A stretch of 64,000 nucleotides of DNA from Bigelowiella natans CCMP2755 (taxonomy: Eukaryota; Protista; Cercozoa), in NCBI GenBank assembly GCA_000320545.1, contig ADNK01002641.1, positions 15,310 to 79,309 on the forward strand. The letters are read 5' to 3'. Below the pieces are notes generated by a model. The model saw nothing but the letters and a program-made list of their open reading frames with translations, searched no databases and was not told the origin of the DNA. Of this stretch, positions 37,055-50,960 are shown piece after piece (position 1 is the first letter of the stretch; each line of letters begins with the position of its first letter). The position numbers and the translations under genes are program-made.

Positions 37055-39475
37055 TTCCTTTAGATTCTATAGATAGAATTTTATGGTTTGATTTATGATA
37101 CATTCATACTGATCATAATTATGAAATTAAGCTGTTTGTTTTGGTACTATTAATACTGCTATCAATATGAATCTTGATTGTTTCTAGTATTACTGTTATT
37201 GCAACTGTTGCAACTGTTACGACCTACTGTTTTTACTACCGCCAAGGTATATTCACGATTGGCGGAGAGAGTAATCAACCATTTAGATCAACTTCCAATG
37301 GTAAGAAGAAAAAGAAGAAGAAGACGATAGACCATGTGCTCTCAATTTTAAATGTTATCTTATTTATGCAAATGTATTTATTGAAGAAGGTGATCTTGGT
37401 GGTGGTAGATAGATGTATAGATAGATGGATAATAATAGTAGTGGAAAAAAGTAATATTTATCAATGGGCTATATTTGCTTCTTTTTAATTGAATTTCATT
37501 ATCATCATTAATCATCATCATCATCGTCGTCATTCTTCAGAACCTTCCCAAAGGATTATACCCCACATACCTCAATCCAACTACTGGTAGACTTGTTATG
37601 TTGTTGTTGTTGTTGTTGTTGTTACAGCATGAGGGCGAGAAATAAGAGATAGGAAATAAATTCGGTGCATAGAGATATTAGGGTTAATGTTACGCCTAAG
37701 AGAGTGATAATTCTAAACAAATATTTTATAATAGCACCCATTCTTATTATAATGTATTACCAATATTAATATTTTGAAGGACAGCTACAATGACATGAAT
37801 CTTCATCATCATTCTTATCAAACGCGAAGACTTTTACATATGAGTGCACATAAACTACAAATGTTGCTGTATATGATTATTATTTTCATCGCATTATTTG
37901 TTGTAAATAGGGGCTAAGGCGAGCAACGATGTCTCTATTGGGGGTGATATCATTTTCAGTGATAATCATAAAAATGATCGTGGGTTTTAGAATTTTTTAT
38001 CCGGGGCAATTTTGCTGTTTAGTGTTGCAGTACGACATCTCGATAGTTTTCATAATTTTGATTGTTTTTTTTATGAATATCTTGATGAATTATTGTTCAT
38101 TACATAATAGGGATGGGGGACTCCTGGTATGAATATGAGTTGAAGGCATGGTTGTTACTGTCAAGAAAGAATCCAAAATACCAAAGGTAATTTAGTAGAA
38201 AGAGGAATGAAGTTACAGTAGAGAGGATGATCAAAAAGAAATTCCTGAACTATGGGGGGGGGGGGATTCTAACAGAAGAACATTTATTATCGCTGGTTGC
38301 TATCGAAACAAATATTGAGATAATGTTGTTTGTTTACATATTTCTAACATTTGCATAGCAACAATTAGATACTATTTTTAAACCAGGAATAGAACATTAG
38401 AAAGAGAAGACTTTAGATTAGAAACGATGCTGATGATAAAAAAGAAAATAAGAATTGCTAATAGTGTACGATGGTAACTAATCGTATGGGGATGGTGACG
38501 ATCAATTTGTATTATTTAAAAAAAAAATCGTTATTTCGCCGTATCCTCCTTTTTTATTCTCCCTTTTTTGTCGCCTAAGAATGTATCTGGAAAGTATCCG
38601 TGCTATCCAAGAGAGGTAATGTAAAAAGCAAAAAACTTATTCGCATGCATTGATGTTGGAAGATGTTCTAAGAGTGTAATTAAAACTGATAGGAAAAATA
38701 TGTAATTTTGTGATTTCTTTTTCATGCAAGCGGGAGCATGAAATTATCACAATTAGTCATTTATTACCACTAGTATACATAAATCATTATTTATTAAAAT
38801 TTTAGCATTTTTCTAATATATTATTGGCCGCTATCACCACCTTAGGCTTGTTGGTCGCACAAAAAGTGGAAAGTAAGATATGAAAAGATAGGATTATGGG
38901 GATCAAAAAAAAATTCTATGTGTAAAAGCAAACAAATGGGGGACTATGTAACATGCAGAAACAAAGGACTAAAAACATCTTCGAGCAGTGATATTAATAA
39001 TGCGAATCAATTGGTCATATATTTGGTGTGGTTTTCATGTTGTACTGATTTTATGTTTTAAAACAGGGCGTGGATAAAAACCCTCAAAGGCCCTTTCGAT
39101 AATGGTTGCTTCATTAAACAGATAAATTCATTATGTCTAGCAATTCATTGGCTTACGACTATATCATTAATACTACAAAAAGTACAGTAAATGTTCAATT
39201 ATATTTGTAAATTCTCTGAATATATTTATCTATTTTTAAAATCCGTAATCATCAACCATGATTCATCGCATGATTTTACACACTTACACTACGGTATCCA
39301 AATTTTTAACTTCCTCGATTTTCCCCTCGTATGCATCAAATCTTCCTCGTCTTTTGATTAAAATCAGGTATGATGGAACATCTAGTTTGTTTTCTGCCAG
39401 GGACAATTGCCCTTGGAGTTCACAATAAGGCATGTGTAAAAAATTCATATACGAATGCTTATAGTATATTATATA

Positions 39476-39561
<86 letters not shown>

Positions 39562-40372
39562 TAACATTTGTGTGCATACATGTTTATGTGTACATATATT
39601 TAAAAATTATAACTCTGGTACAAGATAATATAGGAATTATATTTACAAGAACAACAAGAATAAGTCATAATGTTCCAAAAGATGTAAAGCAAGGATAAAA
39701 ATATTATATTTCATTCACTTAGTCTTTTAATATGAATCTGTAATTAAAAAGAAAATCCTATAATGGCCATATCGTAAAATTATAATATCCAAAAACAATC
39801 CAATTTATCCGTTCAATATATTTTAATTCATTTCATTATTTTATTACAGGTTTCTGAGAATCAAATGGAGCTCGACTCTCAGATGGAGCTGGCAAAGGAT
39901 CTCATGGACACGTGCTATGATATGTCACATCAAAATCTAATTAATTAAATAGAGCTCTTACTTAGCTAATTTCTTACATGAACAACATCTAATAACAACA
40001 AAGGTATGATAAATTATCGTCAACTAAACTTGCACCGGATTCAGTGAGGTGCTTATTATTTTTTGCTCCACATCTGTATCTTATTCCATTGTGTAGAGGG
40101 ATCGTTTATTTTGGTGTTTCAGTTATTGCTATATCAATCCATGAATTACTCAAACCTCTTCTGATATATGTTATGCTTAAATTTAATCTTGCCGCATTAA
40201 TAGACGATATATATACTAAATATTAAGGTATAGAATATAAACTTCAATTGAAAATTAAATTTACTTGTTTGAAAATGTAATAACAGGTTCCGTGGAGGTG
40301 CCATGACAATTCATGGTTCACAATTCAGATTAAGGTTAATTATGATATTGCAAAGAAGGAATTATAAATCTG

Positions 40373-40430
<58 letters not shown>

Positions 40431-41967
40431 TTAGGTGTCTGTGTGTATGTATGTGTGTATATACATATATATCACGCTCTCTCCCATTCTCTTTCTTTCT
40501 CTTTCTCTTTCTCATTCTTCTCCTTTTTCCACATCTTGCTGAGTATGCACTGTGTGTTGTAGAATGTAGTGCGTGTGTGTGTGTGTGTTTGCATGTGTGT
40601 ATGTGCTTGCCTAAATTGCCATTGCTCTTATGATAGGCCAGAGACTGTGGAAAGTCTTTTCTATATGTGGAGAATTACACACGACGATAAATACAGAAAA
40701 ATGTAATTACCATATAGAGAGCAATTTTGAGTCCTCATTGAATATGCTTTAAATGAATATACTCGCTAAAAATTGTCACCTTTAAGGGCATGGAATATAT
40801 ACAAAGCGATGGATACATACTGCAAGGTGTTGCGATGTTTAAAGATATTGATAACATAACACATCAGAAATTCTTTGAGATCAATGATTCTCTGTGTAAT
40901 ATAACTACATCTTTAATTTAGTTTTGATAATATACAAAGGTGGATGGGGTCGGACATGCCAATATTTTTGATGTAAATTCTCCAAGCCGTAAAGAAGATA
41001 GGTATATATTTTGAAATAAGCAGTTCTTACCTGCATTCTTTAAGATATTACGTTTTTCCAGAACCACTTTAGCAAAATATGTATATAAACATCATGTAAT
41101 AGAGATAAAATTAACTAAAATTATAATCTCTTTCGCATTAGAATGGAATCTTTCTGGTTGGCAGAAACTCTAAAGTAAATAGATTTTTTCAATATATGTA
41201 AAATATGACGATTAAAAGGTGAATATGATGATCCTATATAATTTTGTTTGATTTGTAACGACAAGGATTTAATTCTAATTCAAGTTATTTATGCAAATGT
41301 ATTTCATGCTAAGTATTTTTTAATATCACAAATTTGAAAAAAATGTTTTGAGGCTATTCAAATCTCAGAGACTTTTGATCATTGTTCAATTGTAAAAATT
41401 TAATGTACATAAATTTTGTTGTATCTTGATAATAATTTAAATTTAATGATTGATTTGCAAATTTTCATGCAGATACTTATACTTGACTTTCGAAGATGAT
41501 TCCGTAATCGATATCAATAAGTAAGTATCAAAGTGTGCAACGACCTTTTTATCAGTATCTGATAGTAGATAATAAGCGTTGAAATGATGGGGTTGTATTC
41601 GGCAAAGAAGTAATACTATCTACCCCTTTTAGAAGAACTAAAACTATTTAGTTGATTTTTAGCTTCATAAAATAAAATATAGCTAAGATTAAGATAAGTT
41701 AGGATTTTTAACTAGATTGGATTTCCAACATTATAATCCGTAGATTCGTTTTTAATACTGAAGCTCACCCGTTTCGTGTTATCGAAAAGAAAATGGTAAG
41801 TAGTAATACTAAGTAACATTAGCATTCGTAGTGGAACATAGTAGTGCATAAAATAGGAATGATATTCAAAATTTGCGAACAATGGGAAAACTAAATCTAA
41901 AATTGACGTTAAAAATTATCCTGGATTAAATTGCAAAGCAGAGATTTAAGATAATCAGCAAAATTCA

Positions 41968-42020
<53 letters not shown>

Positions 42021-42180
42021 GCGCGCACACAGATACACATTTACAATACTTTGCGACATTTTTTGAAAAAAAAATAACACGCTGCAATCGATATGGTTCC
42101 CTTAGTTTGGATATTTACAGATAAGTTACCTTTTTTTTAATTAGGATCTCGATCTTGTTAGCAGTAGTGCAGCCAGTTGA
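32191..42180 (+). CDS. Class I alpha-1,2-mannosidase (GH47), >20 small exons
   Basis: Exons give [13 protein letters not shown]|[11 protein letters not shown]|DSL, SFFE|[34 protein letters not shown]|[20 protein letters not shown]|YLYL, FNTEAHP; stop TGA at 42178-42180. 5' end uncertain. Confidence 0.93.
34721..34848. repeat. Intronic tandem repeat, 25-bp unit x5
   Basis: taaatatatcgtgatcatc(a/g)tattc repeated. Confidence 0.9.
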
Positions 42181-42699
42181 ATTAAGCGTTAAATTATTAT
42201 ACCTCAATGATCATAAGGCTTTATTGATCGCGTATTCGGCATATATTTACATTAAAATGAGTGAGCGGAGATCAAGCTTTGTGCCCTGAATCAATCTAAT
42301 AAAGGATGATAAAGGGACCTTAATTTTACACTGGAGCAGTAGTATATGCGGGTAGCGCGGCTTATGCCATCCATCCTAACGATGTGACGCGGCACTACTA
42401 TAATGGAAAGCACACAAGCTTAGAATAGCCTTAGTATTTTAGTTCAATAGCTACAATTTAAATGTACGTACATCTGCATGTACGATATTACTTGCACCAT
42501 GTGTACATGCTCGCGTGACAACAGCAAGCATGCATACTGTGTGCATCGGCAGCCGCATATATACATACATGATCACCTTGCATGCATGCAGCCATGGCTA
42601 TGTGGCTACGTATCGTACTCATTCTCACATATTATCAAGCGGATCGACGTGGCAAAACCAGAACAACAAAATTGACTAGGGGAGTTCTTAAACTCGTAT

Positions 42700-43550
42700 A
42701 TTGAAAATGCACACGTGTACGCACGTGCACGCGTGGCAATAGCATAGCGTTTCTTCGATAGCGCAATGCATCGGGCGCAAATCATTTATTGTCATTTGCA
42801 TGCACTGATTAGAAACCAGGGCTACGTACGTCCGTGCAAATGTGTCATCATCTTCGTTCTGCATGTGTGAATTTGACGCTCATTGCCCTGTAAACCTGGT
42901 CTACTTCATGTAGGTCCAAAGTCCACTGACCAATGCATCTAGGCATGTGAATTGAACAAAGCGATCTAACGATCCACAGCATGCTTCATAGTGTTTGAGC
43001 CTCATCGCGCAATCATCTTGTTTAGCTCTAGAGCTGTGCGCGTCGTCCGCGCTTGCACCTTGTGCAACCGATTCTTCGATCGCGCGCAGTTTCATTTTGC
43101 ATTCGTTTGCATTCATTTAATGCGAATGGAATTCTTAGATGTGCTTCATTGATTTGCTTGAGTTCAACATTTTTCACTTGCGTCCCATGAATGTGGGTTG
43201 ATTGTCCTAGTCGATGATTGCGCGAGCCGAATCGATCGAATAGTAAACCACGTGATTTTTTATCCTCATGTTTTGCGGAACATGGCACAAGTTTTGAGCA
43301 ATGAACAGGAGGAGCGAGCGATCAACAATCATTTTGCCATTGATTGCACAGCAAATGTTCCGGATGGTGGGCACTCCCGATCGACAAAAAAAAGCGTAAA
43401 CAAATAAAGAAAGTCACACTTTAAATTAAGGAAGATGACAAATCTTGACCAGATTTGCACGTTTCGTGCTGCGCCGATACATTCTTGATTTCGTGCATAG
43501 TGCGATACATGTTGCACTAGTGTGCAACTGAGTGTAGCACATGCACAATG
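42700..43550. other. Partially TpA-depleted intergenic relic between convergent genes
   Basis: Rich in tgca/catg/cacg with reduced but not absent TA. Confidence 0.45.
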
Positions 43551-43839
43551 CTCTAGATAGATGCTGAACAATATCTGATGGCTACATATTTCTACTATGT
43601 GCAGTAAATATTCATTAGTGCAGGCAGTCATACGGTGAAAATGTAATCAAGAGCCTATGCGAGGACGATCTTGTCCATCTGACCAACATGAACTTTGGGA
43701 ATTTATTTGTTGCGGGTACAGAATTTCTTGTTCATTCACAGCAACACTTAATTCTTATCCAAACCACGGCTTTCTATCGCTGCGTCTTTCTTCCTATCAT
43801 CATTCTCATTTTCCCGAAATAGCTCGCGAGGGACATATG

Positions 43840-43918
43840 ACTTATTTTGCTTCCATGATGAACCATCTTTTCAACATTATTTTACAATCAGACTGCTGCA
43901 TAAAACATATGTATATTG

Positions 43919-43984
<66 letters not shown>

Positions 43985-44435
43985 TATTTAGTGTATTATC
44001 ATCTCCGTGGCATTATGTGTCTACAGGGTGTATACTGGTGTGTGTAGCCTCTTGAGATAGTGAATGTAAAACTCATATTCAGCATACCCATGTCTACATT
44101 GTGAGATCAAAATTTACAGATATACACTTTTACTGCCACTGCTCTCTAAGTTAGATAGGCTATTACCTGTGTAATGCTCCTTCTTCCAGATGGGTACTGT
44201 TTTTTTTAGTTGGTCTATAGCCCAGTGAACAGCATTTAATGCTTCCTATCGTGTGTTGTATTATTGTTTCAATCATATTTATTCCACCATTGTAATAGTA
44301 TTGTTTAAAGTTGTAACGACCATCATATACCAAAGCGATGCATAGAGGAAGAGTATGAGAAACTTTGTTCTTTTATTATCTATTCGACCGATTCTACTTC
44401 CAATACTACTACTACTACTACTACTACAACAGCAT

Positions 44436-44472
<37 letters not shown>

Positions 44473-44693
44473 ACCATTACTACTGATCGTTAGTTAGCCT
44501 CTTTTTATACAAACTGTTGGCTATCTTCCATACTATCCAGCTCGACAACAATACAATTGGAATACAATATAAATGTGCTACCTTCCTATGAGGTGAAGAT
44601 GCTGCAATCATCACGCTTGCTTGGCCGACAGGACAAACACCCAATCTAGTTGTGAAGTTATAAACAAATGGCGTTCATTAATTTAGTTGTTGT

Positions 44694-44735
<42 letters not shown>

Positions 44736-46357
44736 CTTTCATTTCAATAGGTCACAATTAGGCGCTTATTACAAACTAATCTTGGAGGGGGAAAACAACG
44801 AAAAATTGAGACGAATCAGCAAAAAATATTCTCTTTCTCTTTGAATCATCTGTAAGACCTATTCGCGACTCAATATATAAAATACTGGAAAAATAGTCTA
44901 ATATTTCATTGTACTGTTAGCTGTTCCCATTATCAATAGATCACACGAAAATTGAAACCAAATATAAATATCACGCTGTTAAGTCTAAATTGTGTCATGT
45001 GGTTGCGTGCCAACCTATGAAGTATGACGATCTTTCTCATTTCAGTCCACGTGTTACGCATTTCTAAACAAATCTTTTTCATTTGCTTAAGAGCCATAGG
45101 AGCGTATGCCTTTGTTTCACACCAGAGCACCCATGGAAGAGTATACTTCAAACAGTTTGGTGGAAGTATTAGCTATCCCAGAAATAATGCTTGAGATGTG
45201 GAAGTAGTAGCAGCAACAGTTGCAGGAGAATAGTATACTAGTAATTTTGGTAGTAAAAATGTGGTGTAGTAGTAGTAGTAGTAGTAGTAGTAGTAACGAT
45301 ATTAATCAGCATTATCATCATCATCTCAGCAGCAGTAGCGGTAAAGATATCCTGTCTATTCTTACCTCATATGAGAGTTGTGTAACCGTTTTTCCTTGGA
45401 ATGTGTTTCGTGTAGTTCCTACGAACGTCGCTATAGCACCGCAACATTCATCCACTGCCTACGATACAGAATTGGTGATATATGTTAGGCACCATGATTA
45501 GTACGATGGTATCATAAGTTACTTGTTCGAACGACATCATCACGGTTTAGTTTTATCATAATTTCACAGGAATGTATGGCGGCTCATCACTCCTCCTATA
45601 TCATTATCATCATTTTATAAGCGAGATTTCGTCGCTATCATCATTATCATTATCATCACTATCTCTATTTTTTAATCCGCATCTGTGTAATTTGCACCAT
45701 GATCTCTGTGGATCTATCACTATTCGAATGCACTTGCTAGGATGTATTGTGGCTGCACATTTTGGTCAACTTCGATATCTAAGATGTAATGCACCATGAT
45801 CTCTGTGGATCTATCACTATTCGAATGCACTTGCTAGGATGTAGTATTGTGGCTGCACATTTTGGTCAACTTCGATATCTAAGATGTAATCAAGTGGCTG
45901 CTCACGGCACCAATTTAAGCAAGTCATCATCCTCTAATTTTGCGTACCTGATAGAAAAATGGATGATCAATATCTTTTTCTTCTTTTTCATCATCAATGT
46001 TTGTATTTATTCACCACAAATTTCAATATTATACTCCTACGTGAGTTTTAAGTAATCGCCATCAGAGCAGTCGAGAAATTGATTTTTGTCCCCCCTACTC
46101 GCGCTGGTCCTCGTCGTATTCTTTGATTCCCCGTTCTTATCATCAGCAGAATTATAGTAGGAATGACGAGAGAAGACTTTCTTCTCGCCCAATACGGCAA
46201 CAAGAGTTCCAGAGAGTACGAATCCCAGTGCCACCCCAGCAGCAGCAGCAGCAGCAGCAGTAGCGATTGAAATTGAGGAAGAAGAATTTGATGGTGATGA
46301 TGACGATGATAGTGATGATGATGATGATCCCAAGTTTTGCCCATTTTTAGTTTGCAT
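43840..46357 (-). CDS. MOCS2: Molybdopterin synthase catalytic subunit (MOCS2B/MoaE), multi-exon
   Basis: Exons: [26 protein letters not shown]|[19 protein letters not shown]|[21 protein letters not shown]|[25 protein letters not shown]..|DGSSWKQN. Ends approximate. Confidence 0.92.
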
Positions 46358-46443
46358 GATGATTAAATTAACAGTAGCAATGTTGCCTGTTGTTAGAAAG
46401 TTAATTATGTGATGAGTTACATCCTTGACTATCCAGCTACAGC

Positions 46444-46490
<47 letters not shown>

Positions 46491-46639
46491 TGCAATGGTG
46501 TCCACTCTACTAATTTCCTAGGACTTCCTGGACTTCCTACTACTACTTCTCTTGTATCGGAGAAAACATAACAAAAATTGAACAATTTCACCACAAAATG
46601 ATGATGATGTTTTAGACAAATAATGGCCTACTTTTTTTG

Positions 46640-49600
46640 GTAATTTTCGGATGCAAGGCATGCATGATGCTGTTTTTGGTAAACATTCGAGAAATCCCAT
46701 TCAACTTTCAAAGTGGCAGCAAGAACAGCATGTTTTTCGCATCAAATCACAAGCAGGGCATGAAAAACAAGCAGGGCGTGAAAAAGTGCATGGATTGTGG
46801 TGCTGACAAGTCCTTGCAACGAGTGTTGTTGAGGCTCTGCTGCATGCAAACGCCTGTCTCCCATGCGTGGTTCTGGCGCATGTAGATTTGATCAACGCTT
46901 TGTTCATTGTTCTTTGTTCATTGTGCGAAGTTTTTGTTGTTCCACCACCATCAGTCAGACCATCTGTTCAACACGACGCTCAACAAAACAACTGAAAAGC
47001 GTGAGTCAGACACAGTTCAGAAAGTTCTTGGTCAGAATGAACACCTCACGTGACATTGCCGATGGTCACGCTGCTTCCCAGCAGCTTTCATGCCAACTTT
47101 CAAATCGTGCTGGTTTCAATGAAGATCAGTCCTCGCTGCACTCAGGTCGAGGCACTGCGTTTCGCACTTTGCAAGTGTCGTCGTCCAACACTTTGGAAAC
47201 CTCAACTTTCATCACCATTTCTTCCTTTTTTCTTGCTGGCTTGCCCAGTTGTGCGATGATCGCGCGCGATGGGCAAGGTCGTGACGTTGCTCTCAGCTCG
47301 AGCTAGCGAGGCTCTGCTGCGCGTTTCACGATTTGCAAGTTTCGTGCAACACTTTGGAGGCGTGCCAGCGTGGTCGATCAACGATGTTCCTGAATTGTTG
47401 TTTTCCAGTTTCGTCACGCGTGCAATGACGACGCTTGCACCACACTCACTTGGCGTCCAATTGAGTCCAGAAGTGAGAGCGCACCCGGCGTGCACGTGGA
47501 CTTCCCCTTCCCAACCCCTGGCCCCCTCCAACATCGCACGCTAGCACGGCCAATGAACTCGCTGAACAGTGCAATTCTGGTCGCCACGTCCAGCCACCTG
47601 CTGCCCTGGCGTGGAACGCTAGCACGTCTCTCACCCGCCCTGTCAGCTGTCAGCCTGACCCCTGCTTGGTGGTGGTCTGCAGTGGTCTCAAGTCATGCAG
47701 CAAGCTGGCAAGGTTGCCGCCACGCTTGGAACTTCGTTGTTTGAAAGTGTTTGCGATGCACCTTTTCAGCATCGCACCGGCACTGCTAGACTGCCAGACA
47801 CTGGAGCACTTTCCCAAACCAACACGAACAAGAGTCACCCCAACAAGACCTTCTTGAGCTTCGCTGGTTCGTTTCAATGACCCAGCTAGCTAGCTGGTGG
47901 CCCGCAGCAGAACAGCCGTGCACGCTGGTGCAATCAGCAATGCAGTGAGTGCCAGAGTGCTGGAACGTTTCTGCGGATCCATCGATCGATCTGGACACCT
48001 GGACTGGTGGATTGCACGCCCCTGTGCCCGCAGTGCCAGAGCAGCGCGCACGCACCCGATGCTTTGGCATGTCTGCCAGTCCAGTGTGTGGACTCATGAG
48101 TCCATGCACGTGCACGCGCAAGAGAACACGTGCACCCGTGCACACCACTCACCCACGCTGCACTTGAAAAGCACACGTGCTCTGTTCACATCCACACACG
48201 CACCAAACAAGCTGCGACACGTGCACCAAAATTGCCAAGTGCAGCGGCACACGTGCAGTTGCAGGCACGTGTGAACTGGATGATGCACACGTCGCAGACG
48301 GCACGCATCAGCGCACGCATGTGCGTGGACTCACAAGTCCGTGTGCCAGACTGGACTGGCAAGCCAGCTAGCAGTGGGCCACGCTGGTCCGCGAATCATC
48401 ACGCAATGATTCACAACGGACATCGCCAATGATGATGTTGCATCATGGAATGATCATGCAATGAAATTCATCACATCGTGATTTTGCGCCGTTGAACAAA
48501 GGTCGACATCAGCATTGAGCAACGGGCATGCGAGATGGAGGCAGTCGATGCACCCCAAAACAACCAAGCGAACTGACGTTGCCGAACATTGCAATTGGTG
48601 GGTGGCAGGGAGCAGACGGCGAGTGCAAGACCCCAACAAAACCATGACAGCAGCAGAGAAGCTCAAGCTCATGGAAGCACTTCGAATCGATGGGAGCACA
48701 CCTGAAGACTGCAATGTGCGAACGTTGTCAGATCTTGTGGACGATGAGTCTTCAGTGTTCCGCATGGGCGACGGCATCAAGCTCAAGAGCACCACAGTCA
48801 AGTCGAAGTTTGCAACCAAAAGAAAGGACGCCGTGCGTGATCACACCTTTGTTGTGACTTTGCATGACAACGGGTTGCGCGCTGATGGGACACCAAGACC
48901 TTTGAAACCAATGGTTGCGCAGGTGTCAAAGATTGCATCTTGGCAGGCATCCAATCGCAAGGACGAGGTCAGGCAATGCGCGATGAAAGTGAAAGTCCTT
49001 TCGTCAACTGCGACTTCTGACCCGAACATGTTGTCTGTTGATGTCAATTTGCAACCAAGAGGGTCGCCAGCGACAAGGGGAGTGGGCAGGCACAAGGCAT
49101 TCCGTGGCACGCAGAGCACCGTTGATGTCACCTGGAGTCATGCATTCGTCTAGACGTGATGTGGTCTCAAGTTCCAACGTGTTTGACGTGTGCATGGTTC
49201 CACAAGATTCACGTTCAGCACAATGAAAATCGTGTCGAATGGAGCACATCATCATGCAATGATCGTGTTGATGCTCACGCAGTGATTGTCAATGTGCAAT
49301 GATGGCATTTTCAAACGCATTGAAAATTCAATGCACAATGATTTGAAGATCGAACAACTAGTCTCAGCATTGTGTCATGCGCAATGATTGAGAATCACCA
49401 CACTTGAAGCATGACGATGCACGACCACATGTTCACACGTCATGCACCTGGCGCATGCGACGCAGGCCAATGATTTGAAGATCATCGTTTTGCAATGATT
49501 GAAAAGCATTGCGCAAGGGTCATCATGCAATCATTTTTGTGCCATTTCACGATGAAAAAACAACATGTGTTGATTCAGAAAGCATCAATGCGCAATGATT

Positions 49601-50960
49601 TGAATTCATTTTTCATTGATCATCGCAATGATTGAAAAGCATTTCGCAAGGGTCATCATGCAATCATTTTTGTGCCATTTCATGATGAAAAATCAACACG
49701 TGTTGATTTGGAAAGCATCAATGCGCAATGATTCAAATTCATTTTTTGTTGATCATCATTGTGCATTGATTTTGTGTCAACACGCAATGAAAGATTGACA
49801 TGAAATGATTTGGGCAAAATCCACACGTGATGATTCAGAATCATTGCGTGACAATCATCAATGAGCAATGATTTGGGATCTTTGCGTGATGATTTCTTTC
49901 ATTGCATGATGTTTTGTTGTGATCAATGTGCAATGATTCTGAATCATCAATGATGACATTCATCATGTGATGATGTGATCGTCACATGATGATCTGATGA
50001 TGACATCTGAATCATCACATGATGATGAACATCGTTGCATGACGAAAAAATCATCATTCAATGATTGTGAGCCATCATTGCGTGTTGATTTTTGGACCAC
50101 AGTGGGTCTGGAGGTTGAGAACTGAGAAGAGCATCCCTTGTCCTTGTGCGACAGTCCAACTCCAGAGCTAGCTGGACCCAGAGACAGCACTGGAGTGCGT
50201 GCAACACTCTGGCACTGCTCTTGCTGGGTGCTTGCATGACGTGACAATGATGGAAAGCTCTGGAGCTGCACGAGCGGTCAGCCAGGTGACTGGCGTGTTG
50301 TGCACGTCTGGACGTGCGCGTGATGTCCACACCATGCATGCCAGTGTGGTGTGGTTGATGGTGCGGTCTGGCAAAAAGGGCAAAGCAATGCCACCTGCTA
50401 GCCTGCGTGCTTTGTTTGTTCTGGTGTTGCCCTTGCCAGCACTGGAGCATGGCACGTGTCTCTGGCGTCTCGGATCATTCAGTCATCAACAATTCACTTG
50501 CAAACAAACGTGACCATTGACACCACAAAAGGCTCCATTTGTGCACCCTGTCAGCCTGTCCAGCAGGACGCATGCTGTGCGCTTTGGAAAACACGTGGTG
50601 GGACAGTTCGATCATTGCATGTGTGCTCATTCAGACACACGCTGGCACGTGCTCTAGTGTTTCCAGAGTCTGCTAGCCTGTGCACATTCAACAGAACACA
50701 CGCAACAATTGGTGCATGTGTGGCACGCACAAGAAAGCGTCTAGACGTGTGCAAAAGAACACGTGTCGCAAAGAACATGTGCATGCAACTATTACATGTG
50801 TTCGTGCGCGCATGCACGAACACAGCCACAGAGCTAGAGAGGCTCCATTAAGAGCAACATCTAGACATTGCCATCTAGCCATGCATGTGAACATTTCATG
50901 TGCTCTGGTGCTGATAGACGCAAAAAATCTGTCACATGCGACATGTCAATGGACAAAATT
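46640..50960. mobile_element. 4.3-kb TpA-depleted repeat/TE block of unknown class
   Basis: Nearly all surviving TA is in ctag. Shares ctggcgcatg(t/c)agatttgatcaa..ctttgttcat with ~30010-30050, and 47010-47220 with 29480-29700. Contains Tyr-free ORF 48515-49153. Confidence 0.75.
49492..49757. repeat. 133-bp tandem duplication within an AATGATT-rich tract
   Basis: Copies start at 49492 and 49625 (gcaatgattgaaaagcatt..). Confidence 0.9.
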
